A stretch of 64,000 nucleotides of DNA from Candidatus Bathyarchaeota archaeon (GTDB lineage: Archaea > Thermoproteota > Bathyarchaeia > Bathyarchaeales > DTEX01): contig CAVQNT010000003.1 of NCBI GenBank assembly GCA_963714275.1, positions 88,568 to 152,567 on the forward strand, in the 5' to 3' direction. The notes beneath the pieces were generated by a model. The model searched no databases, had not been told where the DNA came from, and saw only the letters and a list, made by a program, of their open reading frames with translations. How positions within the stretch are numbered: the stretch's first letter is position 1; each line of letters begins with the position of its first letter. A program made the translations under genes and the position numbers. Of the stretch, positions 28,800 through 38,970 are shown piece after piece.

Positions 28800-29105
28800 G
28801 TGGCGACAGTCATGGTTACATGTACGAAATGTGGCGTAAAAAATGAAGATGAAGCAAAGTTCTGCATCAACTGTGGAGCTAATTTGCATGGTGGGGAAAG
28901 AAGATATGAAAGAAGCAGAGACGAATGCTTTGGGCTTCCTAATAGTGGCGCAATTGTGGGCATAGTTTTTGGATTACTAATCATTTTCTGGGGGCTATCA
29001 ACGTTCTTCAATTTGGAAATTAATATTATGGCGATCCTAGTGATCATTTTTGGTATACTCATTGTAGCAGGTGCCATCTATAGATTGATTCGAAGAAAGG
29101 TATAG
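28800..29105 (+). CDS. Zinc-ribbon membrane protein
   Basis: CTKCGVKNEDEAKFCINCG followed by two hydrophobic helices. The start is GTG at 28800 or ATG at 28812. Confidence 0.55.
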   Translation: MATVMVTCTKCGVKNEDEAKFCINCGANLHGGERRYERSRDECFGLPNSGAIVGIVFGLLIIFWGLSTFFNLEINIMAILVIIFGILIVAGAIYRLIRRKV

Positions 29106-29392
29106 ATTTTTAGTTTGGGTTTGGGGACAAGCATTCGCTGATACCATTCCATAGTTCAATCAACAGACTCGACTATGAAAGTCGCATACATCCCCCTTTT
29201 TGGCAACTAATTTTACTTTTCTGACATTTCAATGAAAGCCTATATGAAAAAAACGTAATGAGAAAAGTCCATTTCAGAAGCCACAAACGAAAAACTCGCA
29301 AAAGTCATCAGTCGACTAGCAATACTAGCTCAGACTAAAATCTACTGCCATGGCGTAACCCTTCACTCAGAAAAAATGGTTAAATCTGTTTT

Positions 29393-30487
29393 TTAGGGTA
29401 TCTTGGCTTTTGGTCCGATCATGCCAGTTTCGAGCATAGAGATGAAAGGAGAATCTTCGATGTCAAGAGGCAGATAGATTCTTGCCCGTCTTCGGCTGGA
29501 CTCGTAAGTGGCGAAAATTAGCTCTGTTGTTTGAAGGGCTTTTCTTCCGCTTATGACGGGTTCTCTGCCTGTCTTCAAACAGTCAACTAGGTCTCTAACA
29601 GCCAACACGTCTTCCATCTGCTCGCTGCTCTTGTACGGGTAAAGATCGCCAGAAGCATACCTGAGCTCAGGAGTCAACCAGCCCTTCGAATCCTCAGTTA
29701 AGACCCGAAGCAGTGGACCTTCCTTCTTTTCTCCCCAGATCTTGTGGTCCCAGAACATGTCCATCTCAATGATGCCTTTGCTGCCGATCAGCCTGTTTGC
29801 GCACCATCCTCCGGTGTCGCGTCCCGTGACCATGAGCCCGCAGACCCCGTTTTTCCATTTCACGTAGGACAGCCCGTTGGTTTCGATGGGCACACCGAAT
29901 ATTGTATATGGCTTTTCCCATTCGTAGCTGAGCTGGCCCATAACCCAATCCGCAGGCTCGTCGTTATTATAGAAATTGAACATGTCAAACCAGTGCGTGC
30001 CCCAGTCGTAAAGGTTGTGGCAGTAACCCTCAACCCTGTGCAGCTGCCCAATCGTGCCGTTGTTCGCCAGCTCACGAGCCTTAACGAAGAGCGGAGCAAA
30101 CCTGCGCTGGTGAGAAACCGCAAGCATAACCTTGCCGTCCACGCACGACTGGTAAAGCTTCTTGGACTCACCCCACGTGGGAGCAAGAGGCTTCTCGAGA
30201 AAGACGGCTTTGACTCCAGCCTCGACACTGTCCACCACCATCTGAGCGTGCGTCCCAGGCCAAGTACACACGCTGACTATGTCGGGCTTCTCATTCTTGA
30301 GCATCAGCTTATGGTCAGTGTAAACCTTGGACTCTGGAAGGTTCTGTTCCTTCGCCAGCGCGTCAGCATTCTCATTCTTTATGTCCATGCAAGCCACAAC
30401 CTTGGCTTCCGAATTAACGGCGTAGGCTCTTGCGTGACATTTGCCGCGATTGCCTGAACCGATAATGGCAACTTTAAAACCCTTCAT
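29393..30487 (-). CDS. Gfo/Idh/MocA-family NAD(P)-dependent oxidoreductase
   Basis: MKGFKVAIIGSGNRGKCHARAYA (Rossmann GxGxxG) and VFLEKPLA. I chose the start at the ATG at 30487; the track ORF extends to 30583. The gene is conspicuously GC-rich and carries long antisense ORFs. Confidence 0.85.
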   Translation of the reverse strand: MKGFKVAIIGSGNRGKCHARAYAVNSEAKVVACMDIKNENADALAKEQNLPESKVYTDHKLMLKNEKPDIVSVCTWPGTHAQMVVDSVEAGVKAVFLEKPLAPTWGESKKLYQSCVDGKVMLAVSHQRRFAPLFVKARELANNGTIGQLHRVEGYCHNLYDWGTHWFDMFNFYNNDEPADWVMGQLSYEWEKPYTIFGVPIETNGLSYVKWKNGVCGLMVTGRDTGGWCANRLIGSKGIIEMDMFWDHKIWGEKKEGPLLRVLTEDSKGWLTPELRYASGDLYPYKSSEQMEDVLAVRDLVDCLKTGREPVISGRKALQTTELIFATYESSRRRARIYLPLDIEDSPFISMLETGMIGPKAKIP

Positions 30488-30688
30488 ACTGGAATCCACC
30501 GTTTTGCCCCTTAATGTCCACGAAAAAGGATATAATACCATCGCCCAGACAAGACACTCACGATTTATGACAGGAAAAACCAATGTAAAAAAAGATGCAA
30601 AAACTTCAACGAAAAAACATAGTATTATAAAAAAGAATATGTTACCCTTTTTCTGAAACTTCTTTCTTATGATCCTTCAAAATTGTTT

Positions 30689-31609
30689 TTAGTTCATCGT
30701 ATGCCTTTGAAACTTCAGTTTAGTAGCCTCCCTTATAGAGTTGAGTGCTTCTTGGGCGTCTCGTTTGATTCCGAACCTTTTTTGGAAAAATCGCAAAACA
30801 TTCCTAACGTCCCTGCCGAGAAGCATTCCAGCGTTAGGATGATCCTTTCTTACGAACTGCGGCCAATCTATAATGAGAACATGGTAATTAGGTTCTAGAA
30901 TCACATTAAACTCGCTGAGGTCAGCATGAATGATCCCTGCCATGTGATAAGTCCGTTTTACATTTTCTAGGATTTCATCCAAAACCTTGGTTGGTTCAGG
31001 AAGTTCTGGAATGCGATAAAGATCTACTCCCTCAATCATGCCCATAACGACCACGTGGCGGTTTTGGCTAATGGGTTGGGGAACCGAAACTCCGCACGAA
31101 TAAACCAGCTTTAAAGCTTCATACTCTTTTTCAGCAGCCAGTCGAGACTGATAAAGCCAGGAAATGTGCCTTCGGTTTGCGATGTATCCTCTGACACGTC
31201 TAGTCTGCCGGAAGCTTGTCCTACCTAAACGGTGAAATTTTGCAGCAACCCTTTCGCTGTTGGAGGTTAAAGCATCGTAGACATCCGATTCTTTCCCCAC
31301 TCCTATAGGTTTCCCGAAGGCTGCGAGAACGTTAGACTTGACAAGAGCGTTTATGGCCAAACAGTCGTATCCTGCGACGTTTAATGTGTAACCGAAGTAA
31401 GAGCCTACCCAACGTTTAATCAATTTCAATTTGTTCAGTCGACTCAGCCTGTATCCGATTTGCCTATGTGTCTGACCTGCAAGATTCGGAAGATCCCTTT
31501 CAGGAACAAACTCATGTTTACTCATGCCAAGCTCGATGGCCAAAAGTACCCTGTAATCCTCAGGTTCAAGCTTAAGGAACACCCTTACTGCAACATCAGC
31601 TGAAGACAT
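30689..31609 (-). CDS. rio2: Rio2-type serine protein kinase/ATPase
   Basis: N-terminal winged-helix region (YRVLLAIELGMSKHEFV), GVGKESDVY, catalytic IIHADLSEFNVIL, and IIDWPQ. Confidence 0.85.
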   Translation of the reverse strand: MSSADVAVRVFLKLEPEDYRVLLAIELGMSKHEFVPERDLPNLAGQTHRQIGYRLSRLNKLKLIKRWVGSYFGYTLNVAGYDCLAINALVKSNVLAAFGKPIGVGKESDVYDALTSNSERVAAKFHRLGRTSFRQTRRVRGYIANRRHISWLYQSRLAAEKEYEALKLVYSCGVSVPQPISQNRHVVVMGMIEGVDLYRIPELPEPTKVLDEILENVKRTYHMAGIIHADLSEFNVILEPNYHVLIIDWPQFVRKDHPNAGMLLGRDVRNVLRFFQKRFGIKRDAQEALNSIREATKLKFQRHTMN

Positions 31610-31737
31610 TAAGTATAGATATAATAAACAGCCAAAAAGATATTTCTATTAAACAATAACCAGCCCACACAAGAAAACCTTTTAGGCGAAATGAAACAGC
31701 AAACATGAAACAGAGACCAAGAAAAGGAGAAGCAAGA

Positions 31738-32657
31738 ATGACCACCCACAAGTTTCAACCAAAAAAATATTACACAGCCTTCGGTTCGTATGAGCCAGCG
31801 CTAAAGGTAGTTGATGGCGACACGGTTGTTACGTCAACAGCCGACAACGCTGGAAGAGACTTAACAGATAAACAAGTCACTTTTGGTCCAAATCCCCTAA
31901 CAGGACCCTTCTACGTCGAAGGCGCTGAACCCGGAGACACCCTCGCCGTTCAGTCTGACCGACTTTGGCCTAACAGGCAGTTAGGCAGGTCAGCCACGGT
32001 TGTCGCATCGAACGCCGTCGACCCATACTACGTTTCTGAACTGCCGCCAAAACAGCCACGCGTAACAGCAGAGTGGAAGCTTAACCTTGACAAGGGAACA
32101 GCCACCTTGTTAAGCCCAGAAACGAAGCTTGAGCCAGCTTGTTTTGCCCTTGAACCCCATGTTAGGATGCATCGGCGTGGCGCCAGAAGACGGGCAAGCC
32201 ATATCGTCCACGACTTCTGGACCATACGGGGGCAACATGGACTACAGCGGATTAACGTCAGGAGTGACCGTGTATTTGCCTGTTTATCGTTCCCGGTGGA
32301 CTTTTCTTCATCGGAGACGGGCACGCCGTTCAGGGAGACGGAGAAATTGTGGGAACGGGAATCGAGGTTTCCTTTGACGCAAAATTTACATTCAAACTAT
32401 TAAAAAACAAAAGAATCAACTGGCCACGCGCAGAAAACGCGAAATACATTATGACCGTGGGCAACACTCGTCCTTTAGATCAGGCTCTCCAACACGCAAC
32501 GACTGAAATGGTGAGGTGGCTACAGGAAGACCATGGCTTAGATGGTCGTTCCGCCCATATTTTGTTGGGGCAGTGCGTCGAATATGAGGTTGGAAACGTC
32601 TTTGACCCAGCTTACACTATGGTATGCAAGCTTCAGAAAAGATGGTTGCAAAAATAA
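31738..32657 (+). CDS. Acetamidase/formamidase (FmdA/AmdA)-family protein, two frameshifts (near 32130 and 32290)
   Basis: GPFYVEGAEPGDTLAV; the second frame has LGCIGVAPEDG...GGNMDYSGLTSGVTVYLPVY; the third frame has GGLFFIGDGHAVQGDGEIVGTGIE. The ATG at 31738 is preceded by aggag. Confidence 0.7.
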
Positions 32658-32746
32658 ACTGGTTTTTCGTTAGATTAAACCGTTTAATGCGAACCATTGC
32701 TGGATGCTGAATATGTTTTTATGCTTATTAACAGAAATGTTTGTGT

Positions 32747-34012
32747 ATGGATTCCTTGAAGGCTGGTATAGCTAAGGCTGTGATCACTCCGCCTGTCGGT
32801 GTACGGTTATGTGGATATACTGCTAGAACTCAGCCATCAATCGGCGTGCTTGATGACTTGTACGCTAAGGCTCTTATCTTGGATGACGGAGAAAAAAGGC
32901 TTGCTCTTGTAGTATGCGACCTACTGTGGGTAGGAAAAGAGCTCGTGAACGACATCAGGAAAAGAATAAGGGAGCAAGCCGACATCAAAGAAGAAAACGT
33001 CATGATAGCGGCTATTCACACTCATTGTGGTCCCGACTTTGAACATATAAGTGACTCTTACATTGAGAACCTTAAGTCCCAAGTCGCAGGAACCGTCTTC
33101 GCAGCCTACAACCACATGAAAAATGCCAGAATCGGCGTTGCCAGCGGAGAATGCTACGTTGGGATGAATCGTCGAAATCCAAAAAGCCCTTCTGGACCGT
33201 ACTTCCTATATAATTGGCCACAAGGTCTCGTGGACCCTACGGTAATGGTCGCAAGAATCGAAGATGAAACAAGACACGTCGTGGGCGTCTTAGTCAATTA
33301 TGCCTGTCACCCGGTAACCTTGGGTCCGAACGAACTTAACATCTCCAGAGATTATCCAGGTCACACCCTTAGAGTCTTAGAGGACGTTTTTGGCGAAAAC
33401 GTTGTAGCGATGTTTGCGAATGGTTGCTGCGGAAACATTAATCCAGCATGGATTTTTGACCGACCTGACGTTTCGCCTCCTCCACCACGCGTATTTCCCG
33501 AAAGCCTAGAAGAAAGATTAAGAGAAACTAGGCGTCTAGGCCAAATTTTGGGTGGAGAAGCCCTTAAAGCTCTTCAGTCAGTAACCAACCTTACTTCTGA
33601 AGCCAATTTAAAAATCAAACAGTCCGATGTAAGACTGCCAGTAAGGAAGGACATGCCAGAAAATGTGTTTGAGTGGATCAAGAGTACAAAGGTCGGTGAG
33701 CCAGATTACGAGAATCATCAACGCATTCTGAAAGGTGAGGATGTAGTTACTGAAATACAAGCCATCCGACTGAACGATACAGCCATATTAGGGCTCCCCG
33801 GCGAAGTTTTTGTGGAATATCAACTTGAAATAAGAAGAAAATCGCCATTTAAACATACTTTCGTAAGCGAGTTGGCTAACGATTCAATCGGATACGTTCC
33901 AACAACCGACGCCTATAAAGAAGGAGGATACGAACCGAACACGACATTTCTAGAACGCGACGCTGGCTCGAAACTTACACAAGCAGCCATAAATCTTCTA
34001 AAAAAACTGTAA
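32747..34012 (+). CDS. Neutral/alkaline ceramidase-like N-terminal-domain hydrolase family protein
   Basis: AKAVITPPVGVRLCGYTAR...LYAKALILDDGEKRLALVVCDLLWV...AAIHTHCGP...VNYACHPV. Confidence 0.65.
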   Translation: MDSLKAGIAKAVITPPVGVRLCGYTARTQPSIGVLDDLYAKALILDDGEKRLALVVCDLLWVGKELVNDIRKRIREQADIKEENVMIAAIHTHCGPDFEHISDSYIENLKSQVAGTVFAAYNHMKNARIGVASGECYVGMNRRNPKSPSGPYFLYNWPQGLVDPTVMVARIEDETRHVVGVLVNYACHPVTLGPNELNISRDYPGHTLRVLEDVFGENVVAMFANGCCGNINPAWIFDRPDVSPPPPRVFPESLEERLRETRRLGQILGGEALKALQSVTNLTSEANLKIKQSDVRLPVRKDMPENVFEWIKSTKVGEPDYENHQRILKGEDVVTEIQAIRLNDTAILGLPGEVFVEYQLEIRRKSPFKHTFVSELANDSIGYVPTTDAYKEGGYEPNTTFLERDAGSKLTQAAINLLKKL

Positions 34013-34176
34013 AAGACCGATTTGTTTGACTACAATTGACTATGCGTAGATAAAAAAATAAATTTTCTACCCCAATTTTACGAAGAAGCCTTATGAAGTG
34101 TTTGAGCTTCAAAAGTTGTTGAATGTTTCTTGAGAAATCCTATTTCAAATTTAAGTAGCGAACTATATATAATATT

Positions 34177-34500
34177 GTGCAGATATTGAGTTTTAGTTTT
34201 GACGCTGGCGAAGGGGATTTGCCGGTAGACAAGATGATAGAGAAAGCCTACGACCTGATACAGAAAGGAAAGGCGGAACACATAGGTGATGGAGTCTACA
34301 ATGTAGTCGGGGAGCACGGAACATATACGGTTGCACAAAAAATCGACGGCGCAGTGAACTGCAACTGCCCCGGCTTCGTCCGAAGGGGAAGATGCTCGCA
34401 TGCTCTTGCTGTTTTAATGTTAATCCAGCCTGCACTTTTGAGAAGCATCGAAAAAGAAATCAATAAATCAGCGGATAGAACCGAGTCCACGGTTAGATAA
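34177..34500 (+). CDS. SWIM zinc-finger protein (small)
   Basis: CNCPGFVRRGRCSHALAV is a CxC...CxH pattern. The start is uncertain: GTG at 34177 or an ATG near 34234. Confidence 0.6.
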   Translation: MQILSFSFDAGEGDLPVDKMIEKAYDLIQKGKAEHIGDGVYNVVGEHGTYTVAQKIDGAVNCNCPGFVRRGRCSHALAVLMLIQPALLRSIEKEINKSADRTESTVR

Positions 34501-34610
34501 CGTTTTTGGAAGCCTAAATGTTTAATTAGCTTGGTTTAGGTTATTTTGAAACCGAATAAAAGGCAACTACATCTCCAAATTCATGCATAATTTCAAGGTG
34601 CAAAGCAAGA

Positions 34611-35879
34611 ATGAGCCAGAAAAGAACGTCGCTTGAAAGGTTTCGTCTGAAAAGGATACTGGACACGCTGGCCTCGAGGGAGGGAAGAGGCACCCAACTC
34701 GTCACACTTTATGTGCCTTCTGGACGCCAGATAAGCGAAGTTACCCAGATGCTTAAGGAAGAATGGGGCACCGCCTCGAACATCAAATCAAACACGACCC
34801 GAAAGAACGTTCAAGACGCCATAGTAAAGGTCACTCAGCGCCTAAGGCTTTTCAAGACAGTTCCAGACAATGGACTGGTCTTATTCTGCGGAGCAATCCC
34901 CCAGAACGGTCCGGGAAGCGAAAAGATAGAAGGTCCATACGTGGTTGTTCCCCCAGAACCAATCGGAATTTACCTTTACCGGTGCGACGACAAGTTCCAC
35001 ATTGAGCACTTGATGGACTTGCTGAAGGAAACGGAAACCTACGGAATCCTTTTGGTGGATACAAGCGCAGCGACCTTTGCTACCCTCAGAGGGCGCAGAC
35101 TAGAAATCGTTGAAGACATAACCTCAGGCATACCCGGCAAACACCGTGCGGGAGGTCAATCTGCCAGAAGGTTCGAGCGGCTACGTGAAGCGCAGGTTTT
35201 GGGGTTCTTTAAACGCATAGGCGACCATGCCAATGAAGACTTTCTTCCTATACAGAACCTGAAGGGCATAATCCTGGGCGGACCGGGACCCACGAAGTAC
35301 GATTTCGATAAAGGAAGATACCTCGATTACAGGCTTAAAGAAAAAATTGTTGGAACCATAGACACAGCCTACACTGGAGAACAGGGAATTGAGGAAATTT
35401 TTGAGAGAGCTCCCGAAATCGTTAAAAACGTCAGGTATGTTGAGGAAAAAAACATCGTGCAAAAATTCCTGTACGAGATTGGGCACGACACCGGGCTGGC
35501 GACCTACGGAGAAAGGGACGTTAGGAGAGCCTTGAAAGCTGGCTTAGTTGACACGGCTCTTCTTTCTGAGGCTCTTGAGACAACGCGGGTCAGAGTTGAC
35601 TGCACATCATGTGGGCACACTTACTTTCAAACAATGAAGGCGGCTGAGGTTTCTAGTTTCGAACAGTCTCTGGCTGGCTCCCCATGCCCGAAATGCCAGA
35701 TTCCCACGCTTCAGGTCACTGAACAAAAGGACGTGATTGACGAGCTGGCGGAACAGGCTGAACAATCAGGGTCGAACGTCGAAGTGATTTCCACCGAAAC
35801 CGAGGAAGGGCAGATGCTCTGGAAATCTTTTGGCGGAATAGCAGCAACGTTAAGGTATAAGCTGCCGAACCAGCCATAG
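34611..35879 (+). CDS. prf1: Peptide chain release factor aRF1
   Basis: TASNIKSNTTRKN (NIKS), HRAGGQSARRFERLR (GGQ), 422 aa, with a C-terminal zinc-ribbon insert CTSCGH...CPKCQ. Confidence 0.95.
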   Translation: MSQKRTSLERFRLKRILDTLASREGRGTQLVTLYVPSGRQISEVTQMLKEEWGTASNIKSNTTRKNVQDAIVKVTQRLRLFKTVPDNGLVLFCGAIPQNGPGSEKIEGPYVVVPPEPIGIYLYRCDDKFHIEHLMDLLKETETYGILLVDTSAATFATLRGRRLEIVEDITSGIPGKHRAGGQSARRFERLREAQVLGFFKRIGDHANEDFLPIQNLKGIILGGPGPTKYDFDKGRYLDYRLKEKIVGTIDTAYTGEQGIEEIFERAPEIVKNVRYVEEKNIVQKFLYEIGHDTGLATYGERDVRRALKAGLVDTALLSEALETTRVRVDCTSCGHTYFQTMKAAEVSSFEQSLAGSPCPKCQIPTLQVTEQKDVIDELAEQAEQSGSNVEVISTETEEGQMLWKSFGGIAATLRYKLPNQP

Positions 35880-35948
35880 AGACGTAACGCTAATAGTAAG
35901 GAAACGCATTTTTACATTCTAGAACAAGTAAAGGAAAATGGACCTCAC

Positions 35949-36333
35949 ATGTCTGACAGGGAACTTGAATTCATAAGGCGAAAAAGGCTGCAAGAGACTA
36001 AAGAGGCAGTTCGGAAAGAAGACGGAAACAGAAACTAAAGACGAAAAAGCGGAGACCCCGCAGGCAATTTTGAACCGTTTCTTTGTTGACAGAGCATGGG
36101 AAGTCCTTAACGCCGCTAAGGCTCAATACCCTCAGGCAGCAGAATACGTTGAGAAAACGCTTGTTAAACTCATAAGCGAAGGAAAGTTGAGGACCCAAAT
36201 TTCTGGAGAAGAACTTTACGGGCTTTTCCTCCGCCTCGGGTACAGGGTTCGGCTTCAGACAAAAATATCGGTCCTTGAACATGGAAAGGTCAAAAGCCTC
36301 GAAGACAAAATAAAAGAAGAAACCTCACAATAA
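35949..36333 (+). CDS. PDCD5/TFAR19-like dsDNA-binding protein, one frameshift near 35997
   Basis: MSDRELEFIRRKRLQE, then in a second frame LKRQFGKK...PQAILNRFFVDRAWEVLNAAKAQYPQAAEYVEKTLVKLISEGKL..ISGEELYGLF. Confidence 0.7.
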
Positions 36334-36340
36334 GAAACCG

Positions 36341-36607
36341 TTATTGAACGAATTTTCTTACGGTTCTCAGGGCTTCGAGGAACTCTCCTCCTCTGTTCGT
36401 TATCCTGAAAAGTTTTTTGTCGCCTATGTTCACTTCTTTCAGGAGACCCCTCGACAACAGAAACTCAACCACGGTTTTGGTTCGGTCAACCGGAAGCCGA
36501 GCGGCATAAGACAACCTCGTAATCGGGCAGGCGCCTCTACTTCTAACCGTTCCCAGAATGGCAAGGTAAATTTCGTACCTCGTCCGTTTCATCAATCCAT
36601 TCTCCAA
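36341..36607 (-). CDS. Small winged-helix DNA-binding protein
   Basis: 88 aa: YEIYLAILGTVRSRGACPITRLSYAARLPVDRTKTVVEFLLSRGLLKE...FRITNRGGEFL. Confidence 0.65.
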   Translation of the reverse strand: MENGLMKRTRYEIYLAILGTVRSRGACPITRLSYAARLPVDRTKTVVEFLLSRGLLKEVNIGDKKLFRITNRGGEFLEALRTVRKFVQ

Positions 36608-36717
36608 AAGGCACCTTTCGAATTTTCTGGTTCAGTATGATTACTGTGGATGATTTTTCAATTGATTGTTATGGATGATTAGGCTTATATTTTCATATAG
36701 TCCAGCAGTCGGTGAGT

Positions 36718-37404
36718 TCAGTCTGTTGAAAGAAATACAGTTTGTCTCCACCTTGTTCTCGTAGAAAAGTAATAGTCCCAGTCACTGGCAAGCACCTTAC
36801 ATCGTTCTAGACTGTTCACGGTCAAATGGAAATGTTGGCTTTCAACATGGTTATGTATCTCATCAAGTTCGCCTTCCTTCAATTTTTCTACGAAACTGTT
36901 ACTCAGCGAAGTGTCCACAGGTAACTCGAATCCGTAGCCTACGACGCCTTCTTTCGAGATGACTGGTCTAATAGTCCACCTGGCTTCTTTCATGACCAGA
37001 ACCATGTATAGCACGAAGGAACCGATACTTTTTATCCAGACCCCATTTCCACTGTATTCCCATTCCTTCTCTAGTTCGCTGATGTCTCTTTCGAAACCCT
37101 CAGTTTTTGTAACCCTTTGGAACTCTTCAAGTTCTTTTGGGTTAAGCTCCTCGATTGTTGCTCCTGATTCCTGCAATTCCTCTGATAAGAAGATGTCGGG
37201 ATGCAATCTCCTAAGGAGCAGAAGCTTCTCAACGTGCCGATGTCTGGTCACGTAAACGTAGATGACGATTCCTTCTTTCGGTAACTGCTTCCGCACCATT
37301 ATCGAACTGAAGTTCATCTTCTCGAAATTAACATAAAAAGGTGGAACCTCAAGGGTCAGAAAGTTGCTGCCGAGACGAAACTGAATTCTACTAATCTGAC
37401 TCAT
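36718..37404 (-). CDS. Hypothetical protein
   Basis: A 228-aa ORF with ATG start and no motif I recognise. It lies between the bactofilin-like gene and the wHTH gene on the same strand. Confidence 0.5.
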   Translation of the reverse strand: MSQISRIQFRLGSNFLTLEVPPFYVNFEKMNFSSIMVRKQLPKEGIVIYVYVTRHRHVEKLLLLRRLHPDIFLSEELQESGATIEELNPKELEEFQRVTKTEGFERDISELEKEWEYSGNGVWIKSIGSFVLYMVLVMKEARWTIRPVISKEGVVGYGFELPVDTSLSNSFVEKLKEGELDEIHNHVESQHFHLTVNSLERCKVLASDWDYYFSTRTRWRQTVFLSTD

Positions 37405-37441
37405 CTCTCAGCCGCCAATGGTATGCCCTTGAGTTCAATGC

Positions 37442-38775
37442 CTATATCGGAGGCGTTGGAAGATGCGCTGCTTTCACAGGTTCCTTTGCTAAGGTTACTT
37501 CCTGTTCTCTCTTCAACTCCTCCGTGTATTGCAATTCCCCGATGATTCTGCATCCCCTTTCCAAGTGAACTCTCTTAGTGTAGACGTTTCTTGCAGTAGA
37601 CTGCTCTTCCATAACCAGGGACTCGGCATAAATGTCTTCAACTTCAGCCTTTTCTCCAAGTAATACATCTTTTGCCACAACGACCCCTATGATTTTACCA
37701 TTCCTTCCGATTTCAACTTTGGTGGCCTTTGTTCCTTCTTCGGTCTCAATTCTACCACCAACGTCAACTGATGCCTCAAGCTTCAACCCTTCTAGCCTTC
37801 AATGAACCCCCAACACCTATAGACTCAGACTTTTAAGACTTCGCCAGCTTCGGCTGTTCCACCAACATCCAATTTTTTGGTCAATGTGAGATTTTTTTCT
37901 ACAGATAGTTTCCCACCGACATCAATTGATTCGCCTTCAGCATCTCCGCGTATTTCTACAGTGCCACCGACGTCAATGTCCTCGAACTTCAGGTTTCCCT
38001 CGGTCCTTAAGGTTCCGCCAACATCAACCTTTCTTCCTTCACACCCACCAGCAAGTTCCACTTTGCCTCCGACATCAATCCAGTCGAAGGTTAAGGGCTT
38101 ACTTGAAGCAAATGAACCGCCAACGCTTACTCTTCCTTTTACCTCGCCCCCTGCAACTTTAGCTGTTCCCCCGATGTGCAGTTCTTCGACTATGACCTCG
38201 GACTCTGATTCAAATGTGCCTCCGACGTTTATCTTGTCAGCCTTAACCAATCCTCTGCCATAAAACGTGCCACCTACGCTTATCCTAGAGATCGCTGTTG
38301 TGCCTTCTATCTTTGCAGTACCGCCTGCTTCTAATTTTTTGGTTTCAACGTCGCCTTTCGCCTCGAAGACACCGCCAACCTCTATTTCGTCTGCCTTAGT
38401 GTTTCCTCCGACCCATATTTTTCCGCCTACTTCAACTTTCCCTGCGGAAAGGTCCTTCTCAACTGAAACCTTTTTGTCAACTTCAACATCGCCTGCCGTT
38501 AGGTTGCCTCCGACTTCTAAGCTGCCTTCGTAGATTCTTATCGATTTTTCAATCGACAAGTCCCCCTTAACAATGAGGTCTCCATGTTTTCCTCTGATTG
38601 AGTTCGCATAAAGGCTGCACTCGAAGACGCAGTTGCCTTCGTATTGAACGCTACCTGAAACCTCAATTTTTTTAGCATCTTTCGCTTTAACTGTCGCCCC
38701 GTAAGTTAAGTTGAGATCACCGTCTACTCTGTCGAGTGTCTCTACTGATCCAGAATTTACATTTACACTTCCCAT
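37442..38775 (-). CDS. Bactofilin-like (polymer-forming beta-helix) repeat protein, two frameshifts within 37798-37830
   Basis: About 18 copies of an xVGGx turn motif spaced every 17-20 residues (LEVGGNL, VEVGGKI, IEVGGVF, ISVGGTF, INVGGTF, LHIGGTA, IDVGGKV, VDVGGTL, IDVGGTV, IDVGGKL, LDVGGTA). The intermediate frame reads SESIGVGGSLKA and the last frame LEASVDVGGRIE, so the 338-aa and 114-aa track ORFs are one gene. The ATG at 38775 is the likely start. Confidence 0.55.
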
Positions 38776-38970
38776 ATTTTTTCGCCTTGGTGAACACATT
38801 CTCGGATTCATATATAAGGGTAGGGCACCCGATGTGGACACAGGTCGTAATCACAAAATGTTACTAGCTCACTTATGTGTAACAACACTCCAAACGATTC
38901 ATTTTTGTCACTTTTGTGACGAACATAATAGAAAGATTTAAAAGCGTGTTTTGAAACGCATATTTTCTTC

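Noticed and set aside
29744-30457. A 237-aa plus-strand ORF and several 60-122-aa ORFs overlapping the Gfo/Idh/MocA gene.
   Set aside because: They are antisense to a gene with clear Rossmann and family motifs. Their Arg/Pro/Val-rich composition is typical of antisense frames in GC-rich coding DNA.
36608-36717. The duplicated ggatgatt motif (tgtggatgatttttcaattgattgttatggatgattagg) considered as C/C' boxes of a C/D-box sRNA.
   Set aside because: The boxes do not match RUGAUGA. No properly spaced CUGA D or D' boxes or terminal stem could be found on either strand.
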